Positions 13,165 through 25,306 of a stretch of 62,273 nt of DNA are shown piece by piece (the first letter of the stretch is position 1; every line of letters starts with the position of its first letter). A program made the position numbers and the translations under genes. Location: positions 1-62,273 of the forward strand of contig JAUCBJ010002872.1 in assembly GCA_032718475.1 (NCBI GenBank), given 5' to 3'. The notes beneath the pieces are model-generated. The model was not told where the DNA came from. It ran no database searches and was given only the letters and a program-made list of their open reading frames with translations. Source of the stretch: Nemertoderma westbladi (lineage: Eukaryota > Animalia > Xenacoelomorpha).

Positions 13165-15115
13165 TAGATAGCAAAAATACAGTAATAGTAAAGAAAATAT
13201 TTTCTCCAGAAGTAATATCATTAATGGTAGTTAGAAATATTACTGATAAATCCACTTGCTGTCAGTTTAATACATATTTAGTGACTTTTCCTCACAACTA
13301 CTGTACTCGCAATCAGTATGATATTGGTTGCATATGGCAATTACAAACTAACATTCGAATGGGTTTTATAGTGTCATATTACAACCTATTTTTCCATAAT
13401 TATTTCTATATTGTAATAAATAATATTTCAATTTTCAAATAATAATGTGGCCCATTTAATGAATAAACTATTATTCGCTGCGCTGCTGTGTGTTGCCAAT
13501 ATAACAATAGGGCTGCCTATACACAATTTTAAGGTAGTGAGGGAAAAAACACTGTCCCACAAATGGCCCTCTTTTCAACACAAAGTGTTTGTCGGCATCG
13601 GCATCTGTGTCTGCACCTCTGTCGGCACTTGTATTGGCAGCTCTTAGCCTCTGTCGGGATCTGTGTAAGCACCTCTTTCGGTACCTGTGTCATCAGAACG
13701 ACTACGCCCACCAGAACCACGCAGTAACTGCAACTGGCAAAGACTGCCCTGGCTATGTATCAATAAACAATAAGTGATAAGTACTGTACCTACCGTCAAC
13801 TGGGTTTATATACAACAGTCAATAAGTCTGTCTACACTCTGCATGAATCTCAAGGGATACAGAATACTATATTTCAGCGTTTCTCTAAAATATTTAATAT
13901 TGCAATCACTGTGTTCAAATATTCGCATCGCAACTATGCATCAATCTGGCACACACGCATAAAAATATTTTTACAGAGGTTTTTTGCTATTCAGCCCAGC
14001 CAAGCAAGAAGCAACTTAAGCAAGGCCATCTACGAAAGGCAATATGTGATTATATTGATGTAGATATATAAACCGCCACTAATAGAGACCAAAGGCCAAC
14101 TAGTCCATGTCCAAGAATTAATTTAGGGAGCCAGCCCATCCTTCCTTCCTATACATACACTGATACAGTTATGGTACCAGTCACCAGTACTGTATAAGTT
14201 AAGGAAACCCCAGGCTCAGCCACAGGCCACAGAGCTGGAGGGCAGGAGGAGGCCTTTACATAGATTAATTACACTGTGGCTCTGGCACACAAACCCAACT
14301 ACAGAACTATTGTATTATCCACAGGGCAAGCCCGAGTTAGCAAGAAGTCAATATTTGGTTATTAGTAATACCTACTTACTGGACACTGGGCAGTTGCTAG
14401 CTAGCCTGGCTTGGGCCTGTGCGTGTCTCTGCTGCTCTGTCTGTGCTACTGTGCATGCACCTCCCATCCCCCAGCCACCGCACCAGCCTGCCTAACTAAA
14501 TGAATTCATAGACTTTCCTGTCACTCATCCCAGTTGTTGAGCTACCTCAAAGCCAGGCCGCCTTTACACTATTATTCCTACCTACGAAAACTACTGTGCA
14601 GCGAAATCTCGCTGTAAATTGTTTTTGTTGTGTTTATTCGAAAACGCAACATGCAAACAAAACGTCCAACATACAAATAACGTAGTTTTTTACAGGCTTT
14701 CTGATGGTGTAATTTTTGTACTGCAATAGTTTTTGTATCATATGCATATTTTTATTTTAAATTTTGAAAGGGATTTGTTAGTGATATTTTTAATTTGTGC
14801 AGCGAGATTTGGTTGCACGTGCAGCGAAATCTCGCTGAGAATACCCAACTGAACTCACGCTCAGACGCTAGCTGACTGCAACTGGTAATTTAATTACGTA
14901 TTTGGTATTTCTGTATTTAACATTATGCTGCTATGAAGTAGGCATGTAGGCTATCACAGTTCCAGCTATCAGCTGACAGGCTGTTCAGTCAGTTTATTTA
15001 TTTACATATTGCTGTATTGTATAAGTTATATTTATATTATATTATTTGGATGGAGACACCGCTGTCATAGAAGCGTATAAATAAAACTGCCTTCCAGCAA
15101 AGCACCTTCCAAAAG

Positions 15116-15502
15116 GTGCCCCGCGGTCCGCGGAAGATATGGAGACCTTCTGTTAAGGACTGTAAACGCGCTTTTATTATGGAAGCGATAGACCACGCCA
15201 ACATGGATACCTTGGTGAACAAAATTGCGGATGACTACATAATTATAAAGATACCAATCAACCCGTTTGTTGTTTTCCTGCAGGATAATTGGCAGGGTGT
15301 GGTCATCTACAATGAACATCGGTTTGTCCGCCCTAATGTTATTCAGGCAATAGACTTCGCCTTTAAGTTGTTGAATGTTTGCAACCTAGAGTATCAGAAA
15401 GCGAGTGTTCAGGCCTGGTTGTTTTTGGAACACATTTATGGTGTGCCATCGATTCAGCAATCTTCTAAAGTGTCGGCAATTCTCTCTGAGTTAGGAATGT
15501 AA
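15116..15502 (+). pseudogene. C-terminal fragment of a CACTA/EnSpm-type accessory ORF (SAMD3-like C-terminal motif)
   Basis: PFVVF...AIDFAFKLLNVCNLEY...AWLFLEHIYG matches my recollection of animal EnSpm accessory proteins. No clear N-terminus. A CACT-type end follows at 17473. Confidence 0.55.
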
Positions 15503-15877
15503 GATAACCGACAGGCCTTATATATTTTAGCTGCTGCGTGCCTTTGCTTTTGATCCGCATGGTATCATTATTATTTTTAAATATATTTTGGATATGCATT
15601 GCATATTGCATACAGCATTGTATACCGGTAATGCTGCGGCATACGATAATTTTTATACCGGTAGTTACCGGTAAGTATTACTGTAGTATATTATTAGTAT
15701 TTTCTTGCTATTAGTATTTTCTACTAATATTAGTTAGTTATATATTAGTTTAGTATATATTGTTTTAGATAGTTATTTGTAAAGGTCGCACACAATTATA
15801 ACCGCTCTAGGGCTCAGTTGCTTTTTTATAATTTTGTCATTCTTTACTCTGTGCTCGTACATATATACAATACATGT

Positions 15878-16175
15878 TGTGGGGACTTCGCGCAGCACGT
15901 GAGATCTATTAGCCTATGGAAACTGCAAAATTTATTGACAATACTTTATTATATTATATTGGTATAATAATGAATATTGTCTTCAAAGTTATTATATACA
16001 CCTTGATGAACTAAATTTTAGATTTAAAATTCTAAATTTTACTAAATATTAGTTTAACAAATTGGAGAGTTCCTGAGAAATAAGCTTTCGAAGATTAGAC
16101 CGACAGACAGAGGCACGAAGTTGAGATAGTGGTACCTGTATGCTAAGCTCGGTTTCTTTCATGGCTCGCCCCACA
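15878..16175 (-). mobile_element. Short Helentron-associated (HINE/DINE-1-like) or MITE-like element
   Basis: Ends TGTGGGGACTTCGCGCAGCACG and GGCTCGCCCCACA are shared with 23750-24276. Internal GACA microsatellite. Confidence 0.45.
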
Positions 16176-16409
16176 GCTTTCACTTAATTTACTTTTTTAG
16201 TTTTCTGTTTCTGCTGTTTCTATGTTCCAACTTAATTAATTTTTATAAATTGAATTTGTGTTATTTGTACCGGACCACCCATTATAATTTACAAAAACGG
16301 GTGTTTTGTTGTTGTTTTTTTGTAATGTTGATTTACTTTTGCATAATCGAAGTTTAGGCATATCCTATGCAATACAACTTTTTATTAGATTATACAATAT
16401 ACATTATAT

Positions 16410-16801
16410 TAGTGCTGCGAACTGAAACAAAATTTGACTAGTTTCGGTTTCAGTTTCAGTTCGAATAAACATGCTCATTTCAGTTCCTGTTCCCAAAAAA
16501 TATTATTTTCAGTATCAGTTATATAGTTTCAGTTTGAATAAACCTGTTTATTTCAGTTTCAGTTATTAGAGTCCCCATCACGAAATAGATTCAATTTCAC
16601 TTCTATTTTCATAAATTTTCATCAACTTTCATAAGTTTCTTGTTAAAATACATAAACAAGTTAGTTACCTTTGCCAATCATTTAGAGGTGACTTTGAATA
16701 GGAATGATAGACCTGACTGCCATTTAGTTCGGAAAATATATCCAAACGATTTCAGTTTTAGTTTAATTTCAGGTTATTTTCAGTTTCAGTTCGCAGCATT
16801 A
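16410..16801. mobile_element. hAT-like MITE (old)
   Basis: TIR TAGTGCTGCGAACTGAA / TTCAGTTCGCAGCATTA with internal TTTCAG repeats. TSD not recognisable. Confidence 0.55.
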
Positions 16802-17279
16802 ATTAATAAATATTATATATATATATATGTTAATTGTGGTTCGACCAGATTATATATATATATATATATTATATAATGGTGCCCAGATATTGCCCATGCC
16901 GGAGAAGATATAATAGTGTTTATTCTCTATGTAGTAATATGTACATGAGAGCCGCAACTCCACTCCACAGCCCCAACAATAATTCATGAATAAAAACAGC
17001 GGCACGGCAATGATTTTACATTCTACCGGTAAAGGTGGTGCAGTATACTCAGTTTAATTGTTGTGTAATATGTATTTTTTACCGGTGACTTAATATACCT
17101 AATGTATCTGTAATGTACCTTAATATAAATTTGCTTCATTCTAATTTCTGATATTTGATATTCTGATATAAATGCAACTGCTATTTTATAAAATCTTAAC
17201 GTTTTCATATGCTAGGCAATTATTTTGAGTAAATATATTGTTGCGCGAGCTGCTAAAATATTTATGAAGTTTATTGAGA

Positions 17280-17473
17280 AATTTATTTATTTTAACAGGA
17301 TAGTTAATCACTTTAACAATATAGCTTGTTGAAATTGACAAGATAATTCAAGGAAAGAATTTCACAAGATTATCTTGTCATTACAATTAAATATATCTAG
17401 AGTCGTATTTGACAAAATAATCTTGTGAAATTCACTTTTTTTTTATCATTTTAACAAACTTTTTTTAAGAGTG
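17280..17473. mobile_element. CACTA/EnSpm-type right end
   Basis: Ends TTTTTTAAGAGTG followed by TA (reverse complement CACTCTTAAAAAA). Subterminal ACAAGAT(T)ATCTTGT repeats. Confidence 0.5.
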
Positions 17474-17475
17474 TA

Positions 17476-18656
17476 CGGTGGCTGAATTCGGCCAAAATTA
17501 ATTATATTATGGAAACACGTTTTTGGATGAACTTGCAAAATTAATTATATTAGGCCTATGAAAACACGTTTTTGGATGAACTTGCAAAATTAATTATATT
17601 ATGAAAACACGTTTTTGGATGAACTTGCAAAATTAATTATATTATGAAAACACGTTTTTGGATGAACTTGCAAAATTTATTATATTATGAAAACACGTTT
17701 TTGTTGTTGCTTATTTTGCATATTGGAGGGGGGGGGGGGGGGGGGGTGGGGCATGGGGTGGAATTCAAATATGTACCGCTACTCATTCGCCAATGATGTA
17801 ATTCCTGCAAGTGCTGAAGTGTGCAGTCCAGTTAGTAGGCTACTGCAGTAGTAGGACACAGGGACAGCGGGGCGTGAGGCAGAGCCATTCATAGTACTGT
17901 AGTAGGCCTAGCTGTATCTAACAAAACCTGTCTAGGCCATAGCAGGCCTAGGTTATCATAGCTATGTAGCCGGTAGGCCTACTACAATACAATGCTAGGC
18001 ACAACAGTACTGCAGTATGCCTCTATTGAATCGACTACATTACCGGCCGTAACTACTGAACTAAGTATGCAGGAATTACATCATTGGCGAATGAGTAGCA
18101 GTACATATTTGAATTCCCCTCCATGCCCCAACCCCCCCCCCCCCCCCCCTCTCCAATATGTAGGCCTAGGTCTAATAATCAACAACAAAAACGTGTTTTC
18201 ATAATATAATTAATTTTGCAAGTTCATCCAAAAACGTGTTTTCATAATATAATTAATTTTACAACATCACCAAAAACGTGTTTTCATAATATAATTAATT
18301 TTACAACATCACCAAAAACGTGTTTTCATAATATAATTAATTTTACAACATCACCAAAAACGTGTTTTCATAATATAATTAATTTTACAACATCACCAAA
18401 AACGTGTTTTCATAATATAATTAATTTTACAACATCACCAAAAACGTGTTTTCATAATATAATTAATTTTACAACATCACCAAAAACGTGTTTTCATAAT
18501 ATAATTAATTTTGCAACATCACCAAAAACGTGTTTTCATAATATAATTAACTTTACAACATCACCAAAAACGTGTTTTCATAATATAATTAATTTTACAA
18601 CATCACCAAAAACGTGTTTGCATAATATAATTAATTTTGGCCGAATTCAGCCACCG
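17476..18656. mobile_element. Foldback-type non-autonomous DNA transposon with TA TSD and 42-43-bp tandem repeats in long TIRs
   Basis: TA|CGGTGGCTGAATTCGGCCAAAATTAAT...ATTAATTTTGGCCGAATTCAGCCACCG|TA. Arms at ~17476-17809 and ~18068-18656, with ~5 units left and ~11 right. Confidence 0.88.
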
Positions 18657-18727
18657 TAAGTAGGTACTGAACAGTGATGGATATTATTGCATTAACAGTT
18701 TTATTGTTTTTTTTATTTCCTTAAATT

Positions 18728-19008
18728 CGCCCATGTGAAGAATACCAGGATTTCACTTTTCGGTTGACTTTTTATTGGAATTTTATATATGAAGATTTTT
18801 TTTTTTTTTTTAATATATCTCTATTAAGTGTTTTATAGCGCTTATTTCTGCCTTATAACCTGTACATATACTAATTCGTTTTTTGTTTTGGTTAGATTCA
18901 GCCCTTCTGTAACCTGTGTTTTTGGTGAAAACCTGGTATTCTTCACATGGGGGGTAACTGCAAAGTGAAATATAACGATAGAAAGTCTGGTATTCTTCAC
19001 ATGGGCCC
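18728..19008. mobile_element. MITE-like element (further copies at ~54723-55070)
   Basis: Inverted ends GCCCATGTGAAGAATACCAG / CTGGTATTCTTCACATGGGC. The sequence recurs near 54740-55020. Confidence 0.65.
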
Positions 19009-19122
19009 TTAAATGTTTGTAATACATTAATTAAATTGCTGTCTGATTGGTAAACCTGAACTAACTGTAATATTTCGATATTCTGTTTATATACGATATT
19101 CTGTATATATTCTGTACATAAT

Positions 19123-19671
19123 ATGGCTTATTGTGTTGTCATCTTCACGGGCCCGGATAGCGTTGAGGAAGTTGCAACAATATGTAGTGGATGGTTGTCG
19201 GCCGATGGACTTACATCAGCATATCCCATAAACACTAAACTTGCATCCAAGGCGCTGAGGGAGTCGTTACGTGCTGGTGACACTGCAGTTGGGCAATGGG
19301 GATCTTGGCCTTGCACATTTATTCGAAACTCATGCAAAGGTATTTTAACGGTAGTATACTGATAATTAGATAGGATCATCGTATATGAATATCTAACAAT
19401 CTAATAATTATTAAATCAAATAATAATTATTACAGTACTGTAGACTAAATTTCAATGTTAATAATATTTTTCAGATGATCTATTGGCAGCTAAGGCAATA
19501 GAGGAGGAACGCGTTGTCTGTGAGGGTTTGGACATTGCAAGTGCTAGTGATCAAGATGGGTATTCCATTGGTATCGCAACACGATTCAGTTGCGGTTGGA
19601 AATGAGAGTGATACAATGGATGAAGAAACAGCTGGAGTTCGACAGGACATTCAGTGCACTAGCAGCAGCAG
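19123..19671 (+). pseudogene. Spliced, decayed ORF resembling the N-terminus of DUF4806/EnSpm-associated accessory proteins
   Basis: Exon 19123-19339 (MAYCVVIFT..EEVATICSGWL..AYP..WGSWPC), GT at 19340, TTTCAG acceptor at 19474. In-phase exon 19475-19671 continues (DDLLAAKAIEEE..) then hits a stop/frameshift. A possible last exon follows the AG at 22350. Confidence 0.45.
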
Positions 19672-19908
19672 GTAAAATTTATATCTTATTATTGTTCTCA
19701 TTACCAATAATTAGTACAGTACATTAGAATTATTATGGAATAACTATTTACATACTTCTGTGTAAAGTAGCACTTTACAGTATGATGATCCGAGTGGCTT
19801 TGTTACACGAACGAACGATAATGAGTGAGTGAAAATAAAGCCACGTGGATCAGAACACTGTAAAGTACTTTGCAACAAGTATGTATGTAGTTTTATGGAG
19901 TATATAGT

Positions 19909-20305
19909 ATGGCACATTCACAAGAATGCTACGCCGGGTTCATTGTGTCAAGTACAATGCACACATCTCCAACCAGACACTATATAACATTGGAGGTGTC
20001 TCATTGGTTCCCCCAAGCTTGACACTAGAACAAAATCGCCTCCGCTTTGCAGGACATTGCTTTCGCCGTGAGGACCAGCCAGTGCATAATCTTGTACTTT
20101 GGCAGCCTCATGGAGTGAATAAGCATGGTGGACAGCCCATGACATTCTTGAGACGCATCTTAAAGGACACTGGCCTTGAAGATGCGGATGATCTAGCAAA
20201 TGTCATGGGTGATATGGAGTTGTGGCGGCGCAATTTTGTCGATAAGCCGGTACAGCATTCTTAAAAATGCAGCTGCAATGCAGCATGCCGATACTAGTAG
20301 TAGTA
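19909..20305 (+). mobile_element. RTE LINE 3' fragment
   Basis: Near-identical to ~11863-12260. (TAG)n tail. TATGTAGTTTTAT on both flanks. Confidence 0.92.
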
Positions 20306-20384
20306 AGTAGTATGTAGTTTTATTCCCAAATTTTAACATTACGAAATGATTGTACATATACATTATAAGTGATAGAAACATATG

Positions 20385-22165
20385 GGCCTACATTATGGGG
20401 GATTGGGTTAGTACTGTAGGCCTACATTATGGGGGATTTGGTTCGTACTGTAGGCCTACATTATGGAGGATTGGGTTAGTACTGTAGGCCTACATTATGG
20501 AGGATTGGGTTAGTACTGTAGGCCTACATTATGGGGGATTTGGTTAGTACTGTAGGCCTACATTATGGGGGATTTGGTTAGTACTGTAGGCCTACATTAT
20601 GGGGGATTTGGTTAGTACTGTAGGCCTACATTATGGGGGATTGGGTTAGTACTATAGGCCTACATTATGGAGGATTGGGTTAGTACTGTAGGCCTACATT
20701 ATGGAGGATTGGGTTAGTACTGTAGGCCTACATTATGGGGGATTTGGTTAGTACTGTACGCCTACATTATGGGGGATTTGGTTAGTACTTTAGGCCTACA
20801 TTATGGGGGATTGGGTTAGTACTGTAGGCCTACATTATGGGGGATTTGGTTAGTACTGTAGGCCTACATTATGGGGGATTTGGTTAGTACTGTAGGCCTA
20901 CATTATGGGGGATTTGGTTAGTACTGTAGGCCTACATTATGGGGGATTGGGTTAGTACTATAGGCCTACATTATGGAGGATTGGGTTAGTACTAGAGTTG
21001 AAACAGAGACTTGTCACTGATCTCTGTTCTCTGAATTCTCCGGGCAGTTTTTTGGTCTCCGGATAGGTCTTTGGTTCCCGGGTATTGAAAACATACATTT
21101 TACCCAGAGATCAGTGATTTGACAAATTAGATATAGATATTTAAAAATAGATCCTGTACAACACAAAATGTGAAATGAAGATAATTTTTCATAAATTTTT
21201 TACAATTAATTATTTCTTTAATGTTTAACTATTTTTCATACACCACTTCAACACAATTATATATTCACTTTTACACTATTTCTATTTCTAATAAATGTAC
21301 CGATAATCTTCTATTTAATTAATTTAAGTTTTGTTTAATTTTAAGTTAAATTAGCACCTAAAGATGGTTCTTATTTAAGGATAAGGGTGCTTAATTTGAG
21401 CACTCAATCTTTAAAAGTGAAAGAAAGGGCTGTTCTCCATTCAATTTGTTATAGGATAGATAATATGACGACCAAATGGAAAGAACGAGCGTAACGAGGC
21501 TTGTAAATGGGGCGAGTAGAGCACTATACCTGTGCACTATGTATTCGTAAATGTCTAAGTTTATATATAGTATATTGAAATGTATATTATTTGAACAATT
21601 GTAAAATAAGTGCCTTTAATTAACAAAGTACCGGTACCTATGGCGCAAAACAAAATTATGTAACATATTATTAACAATAACAAAATAAGAACGAATTAAT
21701 AAACAAATAACCAAATTAATATTAATTAAGTCCCCCAAACTGTACGTGCACTTATTTTCTTCCAATGGGTCAGGGTTGACATGGGTTGGATATACTTTAC
21801 TGCGATTGAACCATAGAAAAATAGTTCTAAGGCCGTATGTACCTGTTTGTGCTATAGGGGAGTAATCAAATTGTAAGTACAAAAATAAGCAAAGTCTCTG
21901 ATCTCTGCCTCTGGTCTCCGGTATTTTTCAAAATAATTATCCGGGTAGGTCTCTGGTTTACCGGGATTAAGGAAAACAGGTCTCTGTTTCAACTCTAGTT
22001 AGTACTATAGGCCTACATTATGGAGGATTGGGTTAGTACTGTAGGCCTACATTATGGAGGATTGGGTTAGTACTGTAGGCCTACATTATGGAGGATTGGG
22101 TTTGGGTTAGTACTGTAGGCCTACATTATGGGGAATTGGGTTAGTACTGTAGGCCTACATTATGG
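20385..22165. repeat. 33-34-bp minisatellite (GGCCTACATTATGGGGGATTTGGTTAGTACTGTA), split by a hAT insertion
   Basis: About 18 head-to-tail units before 20992 and 4-5 after 21998. No spacers. Confidence 0.95.
20993..21997. mobile_element. Non-autonomous hAT element
   Basis: TIR TAGAGTTGAAACAGAGAC / GTCTCTGTTTCAACTCTA. 8-bp TSD GTTAGTAC at 20985-20992 and 21998-22005. Confidence 0.92.
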
Positions 22166-22749
22166 CATCCATTCTGCTACAATATTACGCTCTGAAACTG
22201 TTTATCGCCATTGCATAAAATTGCAAGTAATTTATAAATTTGCGGTGCTGAGTACATACATACAGTACTTACTTACGTTATTACATTATTATTATACAGG
22301 AATTCGTTTACAGTAAATTAGTTGATTAATTAATTATTTTGTTTTTTTAGTGTGGCTCGCGGAAAACCGAAAGAACGATGCAGCAAAGACGACGCGGGAT
22401 CGACAATTAGCGATAATGAGGACGATGATGGTGACGATGCGGATCTGGCCTTGTTATTTGTTTCATTAAGACTTATTTTTGCAAATGCGAACTATAGACT
22501 GTATCTGTGCTGTCAACTAACTAAACTATCTGATTATTTTGTAATAATAATTTCATTTATAATGTAAATAAATAAATTAATAAGTTTCCAGTTTCAAACA
22601 TAAAGTTTCCATTCATTTATAATTCACATAACATATTATAGGCCTATATGTTGTATTAATAATGCTGATGAGATAATTATAATGTGCAATGTACAACGTA
22701 AGGTAACGTGAGATTTACCTAGTGGCCTGAAAAACTGAAAATCCCTGAT

Positions 22750-23371
22750 TAAATAAACGTTGGAATATGAATATCTAACATTAGTTTTGTTGATTAACTG
22801 AAGTTGGTTTAACGATTAATATACTGCAAATTCAACGGTTAAAGATAACGTTGCGGAATATATATATTTGACGTAAAATTCAACGTTGATTTGGGGGTAA
22901 TTTTAACGTCACAAAAGCGGCCAAACGAACGTTCGATCTACTTTTACTAACGTCAGATTCTAGCGTTTATTTGTTATAAATTTTTCGTTTTTCAACGCCA
23001 TTTGAAACGTTAAATTGTTTGCAGGGTATGTACATGATTGAATTTTACCAATTTCAGACGTTACAAAATAACGTTACAAATCTACTGTATGTTAAAATTC
23101 AACATATTTAACGTTTGGGTTTAGTCATTTTTGTACATGATTAAATTTAACCAATATCAGACGTTTCAAAATAACGTTAAAAATTGATGTTAAAATTCAA
23201 CGTCAGTTTAACGTTTGGGTTTAGTTGATTATAGACATGTAGTTTGTAAACGATTATAAGAAGTTAGAAAACGTTTGTTCTAAGTTATTTTTATAACTTT
23301 ATTTTTCTAACCTAAAACAGACTAAAAGTCCAACGTTAGATTAGCGTAATTAACGCAAAATGTTTGCAGGG
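22750..23371. mobile_element. EnSpm/CACTA-like right end(s) with AACGTT subterminal repeats
   Basis: TGTTTGCAGGG followed by TA occurs twice (ending 23026 and 23371). Dense AACGTT motifs. Matching left end not found. Confidence 0.5.
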
Positions 23372-23489
23372 TACCGATTTGTACCTAACGCTATTTCTGT
23401 ACTTTACCCCTGCTCTGCTACACTAACCCTAGGCATATACAGCACGACAGCTACACACTACACGCCTCTATCAGTCTACGGTATCTGTC

Positions 23490-23521
<32 letters not shown>

Positions 23522-23749
23522 TCTTTTATTCCCAAAACTTCAAATATGTAAAATAATTGAAGGCAGCATGGAGGGTGGCCCCGGCTGATAATTTATGGGA
23601 ATAAGCGTCATGTATGGCTGACAAATCCTTGACCTACACTAATTACATTACTGTGTGTGTATCCACTGGAGTCATATTGATGTTGTACATACATACCGAA
23701 TACATTGGCGCGTAGACACACATACACCCCATACTTACAATTACACGAA

Positions 23750-24129
23750 GTGGGGTCTTCGCGCAGCACGAAGTTGGCAGAGCCTTAGCGAATTGACACT
23801 GTTAGGGGGTAGGTCAATTTATGCAAATAGTCACGTTGGCCCTCTAGCGGCAGACTGGAGAACTGCAGATGGATTCGCCTCCTTTGAAAGTCACAGCTAA
23901 TGGTCTAATACATATCTGCCAAGTTTCAGCTTAAACGGATTAAAAGCAAAGAAATGGGAGGGCATTTAATGTTTAGACATGTGGCCCTCTAGCGGGAGAC
24001 CATTGCACTGATGGCGTCTGAAAGTCTCTCAAAAATCTCAACTTTTGCTCATATTGATACCTACAAATTTTCAACTTTGCAGCTTTAAATCCGACAAAGT
24101 TATTAGCATGTCAAAATCGTAACGACGAC

Positions 24130-24183
<54 letters not shown>

Positions 24184-24276
24184 AACGACGACGACGACAA
24201 CTATTTGCATAAATTGACCCACCCCCTAACAGTGTCAATTCGCTAAGGCTCCGCCAACTTCGTGGCTCGCCCCACA
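23750..24276 (-). mobile_element. HINE/DINE-1-like or MITE-like element with ~65-bp subterminal inverted repeats and an (ACG)n microsatellite
   Basis: CACGAAGTTGGCAGAGCCTTAGCGAATTGACACTGTTAGGGGG..ATGCAAATAGT is inverted at ~24200-24265. (ACG)n at 24122-24199. Small hairpin CTTCG..CGAAG near one end. Confidence 0.55.
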
Positions 24277-24289
24277 AACACCATTATTT

Positions 24290-25306
24290 CACACATACCA
24301 CACCACCCACACACACGTACACACATTAATTGTTTACTTTATCACAGTATATTCTAAGTTATGTAAGTTACTTGTTGCTATGTTATGGAGTCACGGTCAT
24401 ATATTGTATAATAGTGATTTTTAATGCTATCCATGTAAGTTTTTAGTTTTCCTATTTGTTTTAGAGTAATAAGAGATGCGTTCCAGATTTTTGTAGCACT
24501 GACAGTTAAACTTTTAAATCCGTACTGCACTGTAGTTGTTCCTAGTAGTAGGTATTTTAATATTATGTGTTCTGGGATTTATCAAGTATGCGTTTGTTCT
24601 TATAGTATTAAGAAATGGTAGTTGTAGTTTCTTAAATGGTGTACTTAGATTAAATATATATTTGTAGTAAAATTTTAATACAAAGTATTCTCGTAGAGCT
24701 GTCAGTGTAGGAAGTTTTGCTTTCGTTCGTAATTCGGTTCCTGTCATGTCCTTGTTTTTCTTGCTATACACTACCCTTAAGCCGTAATTTTGTATTTTTT
24801 CTAACCCGTAAAGTATTCCCTTTGCACCGTAACTGTTTTGTATTGAAATTAGGACCTCGCAGCAGTAGTTATGATATGGTAGCACTGTCGCCTTGTATGT
24901 ATTAAGTTTAGATTTGAGTGGTAACTGTCCTTTTATCTGTCGTAGTCCGGAGATTGCTTGTGTCATTTTATGTTTTATATCGTTGATGTGTTCCCTCCAT
25001 TCCATTCTGTTGTCTATTAGTATTCCTAAATATTTAATTGATTTGGATTAATTTTTAAGACAATCTCCTCAATATCAGGCGTTCTAGAATGCGGGCTTAT
25101 AAGCATGAATTCGGTTTTTTTATTGTTCAATTTTAGTTTTAGGTCTGAAAATATTTCTTCAAGTGTGAGTATGTGTTTTTCTAAGGTTTGTGATGCTTTT
25201 AGAGGATCCTTATTTGTACAGTATATAAGTGTATCATCTGCGTACTGTCTCAAAGTGTATATCCGGTATATTTGCTATGGAATTTACATAAATTACAAAC
25301 AATATT
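24290..25306 (-). mobile_element. CR1/L2-group (Crack-like) LINE, decayed RT C-terminal part, interrupted at 25306 (stub resumes ~37839-37855)
   Basis: QYADDT, LKLNNKKTEFM, KLNTYKATVLPYHNYC. The uninterrupted paralogue reads CAATATTGGCCCTAG at ~49388-49402. The 24290 boundary is approximate. Confidence 0.85.

Larger units (their letters stand above)
8049..14851. mobile_element. Non-autonomous TIR DNA transposon (Tc1/mariner-like ends) enlarged by nested insertions
   Basis: Perfect 25-bp TIR CAGTTGGGTATTCTCAGCGAGATTT (8049) / AAATCTCGCTGAGAATACCCAACTG (ends 14851). Left flank TA, right flank AA, so the TSD is imperfect. No transposase of its own seen. Confidence 0.6.

Noticed and set aside
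18216-18659. 147-aa KTCFHNIINFTTSP repeat ORF
   Set aside because: Translation of the 42-bp subterminal repeat of the foldback element.
20385-22165. CRISPR-like regular ~34-bp repeats
   Set aside because: Head-to-tail units with no unique spacers, no cas genes and a eukaryotic context.
22660-22700. Hammerhead ribozyme candidates (CTGATGA here and at ~11436; CTGACGA at ~47181)
   Set aside because: No stem II followed by GAAA with closing helices could be built by eye.
24071-24277. Protamine-like poly-Arg ORF
   Set aside because: Translation of an (ACG)n microsatellite inside a repeat element.
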